This document shows positions 19,077 through 23,189 of a stretch of DNA of 23,189 bases, piece by piece. The stretch comes from Pseudomonadota bacterium (lineage in GTDB: Bacteria > Bdellovibrionota_B > Oligoflexia > Oligoflexales > RGVZ01). The translations under genes and the position numbers were made by a program. The stretch spans positions 1 through 23,189 of the forward strand of contig JBEGVZ010000078.1 of the NCBI GenBank assembly GCA_041178085.1. Direction: 5' to 3'. Every line of letters begins with the position of its first letter. The stretch's first letter is position 1. The notes under the pieces were generated by a model. It worked only from the letters and a program-made list of their open reading frames with translations, had not been told where the DNA came from and searched no databases.

Positions 19077-19976
19077 ATGTTGTCTTTCCTTGCCGAGATA
19101 CTCGCACAAGATTTCATGGTGCGCGCCCTGATTGGTGGCGCCCTGGTCGGTGTAGCCTGCGCCATGATGGGCGTGCTGGTGGTGCAGCGCGGGATCACTT
19201 TTGTCGGTGACGGCCTGGCCCACACGATGTTCGGTTCGGCGGCATTGATCGCACTTTTCAGTGCGTTACTCGGTGAGTTTAACCGGGCGGGTGGCGACGA
19301 CGACTTTGCGCGGTTTATCTGGCTTGCCCTGCCCGTCAACGTAACGGTCGGGCTTGCAATGGCCTGGGTACGCAGGACGGGAAAGCTTCGTGGTGATACG
19401 GTCATTGGCATCTTCTTTCCCGTGATGTTCGCTGCGGGAGTTCTTGCACTGGCATTGCGCCGCCAGACCGAAGCGCCCCCGGTCAACATGGAAGCCCTGC
19501 TTTTTGGCAGCGTTCTTGGCATGACGAAGACAGACCTGATGGTGACTGCAGCCGGTGCCGTGGCCATTGCAATCTTGGTACTGACCTGGGGGCGTCGTAT
19601 TGCCTATGCCGCATTCGACGCAGACCTTGCGGCCATGTCCGGTGTGAGGGTGGCGCTGGCTGAATATGCTCTGTTCGGTCTGTCGGCGGCGGTGGTGGCT
19701 GTTTCCGCGCGCCTGGCCGGTATTGTCCTGGTCAGTTCGTTGTTGGCAATTCCTGCCGGTGCGGCGGCTATATGGCGCGGCAGTTACGGATTGCAATTGC
19801 TTTTTGCCGCCGTTTTTGCGGCAGCATCCGTAAAGACAGGTTTGATGATATCCTATGCGATCGATGCCCCTTGCGGCGCAATGATCGTACTCACCATGGG
19901 TGTACTTTTCACTGCGTCATGGGTTCTCAAAGAGCTGGTGTCGTTGGTGAAGGGTGGAAATGACGCAAGGTCCTGA
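19077..19976 (+). CDS. znuB: Zn/Mn ABC transporter permease
   Basis: FMVRALIGG, GVLVVQRGITFVGDGLAH, LLFGSVLG, GIVLVSSLLAIPA, DAPCGAMIV. Confidence 0.9.
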   Translation: MLSFLAEILAQDFMVRALIGGALVGVACAMMGVLVVQRGITFVGDGLAHTMFGSAALIALFSALLGEFNRAGGDDDFARFIWLALPVNVTVGLAMAWVRRTGKLRGDTVIGIFFPVMFAAGVLALALRRQTEAPPVNMEALLFGSVLGMTKTDLMVTAAGAVAIAILVLTWGRRIAYAAFDADLAAMSGVRVALAEYALFGLSAAVVAVSARLAGIVLVSSLLAIPAGAAAIWRGSYGLQLLFAAVFAAASVKTGLMISYAIDAPCGAMIVLTMGVLFTASWVLKELVSLVKGGNDARS

Positions 19977-20619
19977 CAACTCGCTGACTTCCTCGCTATC
20001 CGGCACCCCAAAGCCGCTACCCCCGCGTCTTTCAGGCGAACTTGCGGCTTTGCGTGACATGGCCGAGCTGCGCCCTCTGACCATCGGCGATTTCCTGGCT
20101 GTGCTCAATACGCGAGGACATGCCTTTCTGTGCCTCGTGATTGGATTCCCCTTCTTGACTCCGGTTCCCTTGCCTGGCGTCTCAGTGCCCTTTGGCTTGC
20201 TGATTCTGATCGCGGGCATCTCCATGGCCGCAGGTGTCGCGCCCTGGATTCCCGGCTGGCTGGCGCGCAAAAAAATCCCACAGGAAATCATGGTCAAGGC
20301 GCTGGGGATCACACTGAAGGTGTTGCAGAAGGTGGAGTTCCTGGTCAAACCGCGTGGGGCTGTATTTTTGCAATTGCCGGGCCTTAATCGACTTTCTGGT
20401 CTGGCGATGGCTTTTTGCGGTGGCTTGCTCGCCCTGCCGCTACCGCCCGGCACCAACTTTCCGCCGGCACTTGGCATCGTGCTGGTTGCACTTGGTTGCC
20501 TCGAGCGGGATTCACTGCTGCTGGGACTTGGGTATATGGTCACCATGCTGAATGCTGCAATGTTCGGATTCGTTGCTTTTTTTGGTTTCGAAAGTGTGAC
20601 CAGACTGTGGCATAACTGA
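19960..20619 (+). CDS. exoD: ExoD family (exopolysaccharide synthesis) membrane protein
   Basis: LTIGDFLAVLNTRGH, PFLTPVPLPGVSVPFG, PWIPGWL, EFLVKPR, LPLPPGTNFPPALGIVLVALGCLERD. Start is ATG 19960 or GTG 19954; overlaps the znuB 3' end. Confidence 0.85.
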   Translation: MTQGPDNSLTSSLSGTPKPLPPRLSGELAALRDMAELRPLTIGDFLAVLNTRGHAFLCLVIGFPFLTPVPLPGVSVPFGLLILIAGISMAAGVAPWIPGWLARKKIPQEIMVKALGITLKVLQKVEFLVKPRGAVFLQLPGLNRLSGLAMAFCGGLLALPLPPGTNFPPALGIVLVALGCLERDSLLLGLGYMVTMLNAAMFGFVAFFGFESVTRLWHN

Positions 20620-20680
20620 AGTCATCATTTCCAAACAACTGCCCGAAAAGGCGGCAGGTTGCCGCACATGGAGCTGTGCA

Positions 20681-22588
20681 TTGAGATCCTCCCAATCGGA
20701 TTCCCTTGGACATGCAGGTGGTTCAGACCGGGCCCTCGCTTTCGCAGCTCTTGGGGTTGTGTTCGGTGACATCGGTACGTCTCCTCTTTATGCCGTCAAA
20801 GAATGCTTTTCCGAGGCCTTTGGCCTTGAAGCCGTGCCGTCAAATATTTTCGGCATCATTTCGCTTTTCTTCTGGTCCCTGTTGCTGGTCGTGGTCGTCA
20901 AGTACGTGGCGTTTGTCATGCGTGCCGACAACCGCGGTGAAGGGGGGATTCTTTCGCTGATGGCGTTGGTGACGCCACGATTTCACCAGAAGGGCCCGTC
21001 GAAGTTAGGCCGGGTCGTGATGTATAGCGGTCTGATAGGGGCATCTCTCCTGGCTGCGGACGGGACCATCACGCCAGCAATTTCAGTTCTGTCAGCAATG
21101 GAGGGCCTGGAAGTCGCAACGCCCCGCCTTGCTCCCATCGTGATTCCGGGTACGGTTGCCATCCTCTTTTCGATCTTCATGATGCAGCGGCACGGTACGG
21201 CAAAAGTTGCGCGGATTTTCGCCCCTGCAATGCTGCTTTGGTTTGTCGTTCTGGCAGCTTTAGCCGTGCCTGCGATCGTGGCGGAGCCTAGGATTCTGGG
21301 TGCACTCAACCCGGTGCATGGCCTCAAGTTGCTCGCTACCCATGGATGGCAGGGTTTTCTTGTGCTGGGTGCGGTGGTGCTTTGTTTGACCGGAGCGGAA
21401 GCGCTTTACGCCGACATGGGTCATTTCGGCCGCCGGCCAATCAAACTCGCATGCTTGTGCGTGGCCTTGCCATCCCTGATGATCAACTACCTGGGCCAGG
21501 GTGCCTTGTTGTTGGTGAAGGGGCATGAAGTAGCGGGCAATCCCTTTTACGGACTGGTGCCACAGTGGGGCATTTATCCGATGGTGGCATTGTCTACACT
21601 GGCGACTGTGATTGCGTCGCAGGCCTTGATTTCCGGTTCCTTCTCGCTTGCTCAACAGGCAATCCAGCTGGGCTATTCGCCCCGTCTGACCATCGTTCAT
21701 ACTTCCGAGGAGACGAAAGGGCAGATTTACATCCCGGAGATCAATTTCCTGCTCATGGTCGCCTGTGTGGTCCTCGTTTTCATGTTCCGGACCTCTTCAG
21801 CATTGGCGGCGGCCTACGGGATTTCAGTGATGGGAACGATGTCGATCACATCGTTCCTGATGTATTTTGTGGCGGTGAAGCGTTGGAAGTGGCGGCCTCG
21901 CAACGCGATGTTCATGGTGGTGTTCTTTCTTGCCATCGACCTGACGTTCCTGACTGCCAACCTGCACAAAATCATGGAAGGTGGCTGGTTCACCATTTTG
22001 ATCAGCGGGCTTGTGCTCACCATCATGTTGACGTGGAAGCGGGGCCGCAGTGCACTGGCCAAACGCCTTGAGTCACAGTTTTCCCCGATCAACGAGTTCA
22101 TCCAGTTGCTGCAGCAGGACCGCCCGCACCGCGTGCCCGGCACCGCTGTGTTCATGACCGGAAACGCCCGCGTGGTGCCACCATCCCTGCGTCATCACTT
22201 TGAGCATAACCAGGTTCTTCACCGGCAGGTCATTCTACTTTCGATCCTGACTTCCGATGTGCCTTTTGTTCCCCTCAAGGAAGCCGTGGAAGTTCATCCC
22301 CTCGGCGAGGGATTCTATGAGGTGATTGCCCACACTGGATTCATGCAAAGTCCCAAGGTCGAGAAGATATTCCGTCTGGCTAGGTTGCAGACCGGCCTTG
22401 AAGTTGAGGAGTCGAAAACGACCTATTTCCTTGGTCGCGACATCCTGCTGGTGGATGGCCCGGATCGGATGATGCGCTGGCGGAAGTTATTGTTCTCTTT
22501 CCTGTCGCGGAACTCCCTGCCGGCAACAGCTTATTTTGGAATTCCCCCCAACCGCGTGATTGAAATTGGCATGCAGGTGGTGTTGTGA
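20681..22588 (+). CDS. kup: KUP/HAK/KT potassium transporter
   Basis: LGVVFGDIGTSPLY, MRADNRGEGG, TITPAISVLSAMEG, GAEALYADMGHFG, GQIYIPEIN, LAAAYGI, RVPGTAVF. TTG start with GGAG at 20670-20673. Confidence 0.97.
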   Translation: MRSSQSDSLGHAGGSDRALAFAALGVVFGDIGTSPLYAVKECFSEAFGLEAVPSNIFGIISLFFWSLLLVVVVKYVAFVMRADNRGEGGILSLMALVTPRFHQKGPSKLGRVVMYSGLIGASLLAADGTITPAISVLSAMEGLEVATPRLAPIVIPGTVAILFSIFMMQRHGTAKVARIFAPAMLLWFVVLAALAVPAIVAEPRILGALNPVHGLKLLATHGWQGFLVLGAVVLCLTGAEALYADMGHFGRRPIKLACLCVALPSLMINYLGQGALLLVKGHEVAGNPFYGLVPQWGIYPMVALSTLATVIASQALISGSFSLAQQAIQLGYSPRLTIVHTSEETKGQIYIPEINFLLMVACVVLVFMFRTSSALAAAYGISVMGTMSITSFLMYFVAVKRWKWRPRNAMFMVVFFLAIDLTFLTANLHKIMEGGWFTILISGLVLTIMLTWKRGRSALAKRLESQFSPINEFIQLLQQDRPHRVPGTAVFMTGNARVVPPSLRHHFEHNQVLHRQVILLSILTSDVPFVPLKEAVEVHPLGEGFYEVIAHTGFMQSPKVEKIFRLARLQTGLEVEESKTTYFLGRDILLVDGPDRMMRWRKLLFSFLSRNSLPATAYFGIPPNRVIEIGMQVVL

Positions 22589-23189
22589 ACGCAAAGTTGT
22601 TACCCGGGATTGCTGTGGCGATCATCGTCGCCGTAGCAGGCTCGCTGGCTGCGGAACATGTCAGTCTGTTTGTGGCAGGCCTTTCCGGGATCAACCCTGC
22701 GGACAAGAATGCGCACAACCTGGTCAGCGGTATCAGCATGGCCGTGATCATCGGCTTGCTCTGGCGAAACATGATGGGCCTGGCGCCGGTGCTCCAGCCA
22801 GGCGTCGCCTGGGTGCTGAAGTCGGGCTTGCGCATTGGTATCATCCTGCTCGGGTTCAAGCTGGCGCTGGGAACTACCGGTGTCATCTCAGGGAAGGCCC
22901 TGCCGGTGGCTGCGGCATGCATCACGGCGGCTCTTCTTGTGGTCACGTTTTTTAACAACTGGTTGAAGCTTCCGCCAAAACTTGGAGCTCTGATTGCGGT
23001 GGGCACGAGTGTTTGCGGCATCACTGCGATTGTCGCCACAGGGCCTGCCATCAAGGCACGGGAAGATGAAACCAGCTACGCAGTGGCGTGCGTAACTATT
23101 TTTGGTCTGGTCGCCCTGTTCGCTTATCCATGGCTTGCGCACTGGCGCTTTGGAGCCGATCCATTGCTGGCCGGTATTTTCATGGGTAC
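22585..23189 (+). CDS. yeiH: YeiH/UPF0324 putative sulfate exporter family membrane protein (3' truncated; absent from the ORF track)
   Basis: GTG overlaps the kup TGA. Own translation gives MNAKLLPGIAVAIIVAVAG...AVIIGLLWRN...LRIGIILLGFKL...LIAVGTSVCGITAIVATGPAIKAREDETSYAVACVTIFG, open to the window end. Confidence 0.9.
   Translation, partial: MNAKLLPGIAVAIIVAVAGSLAAEHVSLFVAGLSGINPADKNAHNLVSGISMAVIIGLLWRNMMGLAPVLQPGVAWVLKSGLRIGIILLGFKLALGTTGVISGKALPVAAACITAALLVVTFFNNWLKLPPKLGALIAVGTSVCGITAIVATGPAIKAREDETSYAVACVTIFGLVALFAYPWLAHWRFGADPLLAGIFMG

Noticed and set aside
22560..22955. ORF-track call 22560-22955 (+)
   Set aside because: Wrong frame; the frame starting at GTG 22585 encodes a clear YeiH-family protein that was missed because it has no stop in the window.

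Overview
Bacterial chromosomal window, mostly housekeeping. It opens with the 3' ~1 kb of a 23S rRNA gene, a 5S rRNA gene and an intrinsic terminator. An accessory-looking, lower-GC stretch follows: a small 8-Cys secreted protein, an orphan O-antigen ligase/O-OTase-family gene, and a convergent vWA/MIDAS lipoprotein with a sigma28-like promoter. The rest contains: a minus-strand ATGA-coupled unit lepA - DUF2784-like membrane protein - secreted di-haem cytochrome c; a SPOR-domain gene divergent from a uvrA-panB-dnaJ unit; a minus-strand lolC/E - ppa - DUF429-like (RNase H fold) unit; and a plus-strand znuA-znuC-znuB-exoD-kup-yeiH ion-transport unit running off the end. Gene content and style suggest a Bdellovibrionota/Oligoflexia-like (former deltaproteobacterial) organism, which is inference only. 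No mobile element, CRISPR array, tRNA or recognisable defence system was seen. The best leads are the putative FliA-driven MIDAS adhesin, the lepA-coupled cytochrome module, the DUF429-like protein and a possibly switchable RNA structure over the kup RBS. None is a proven new system.
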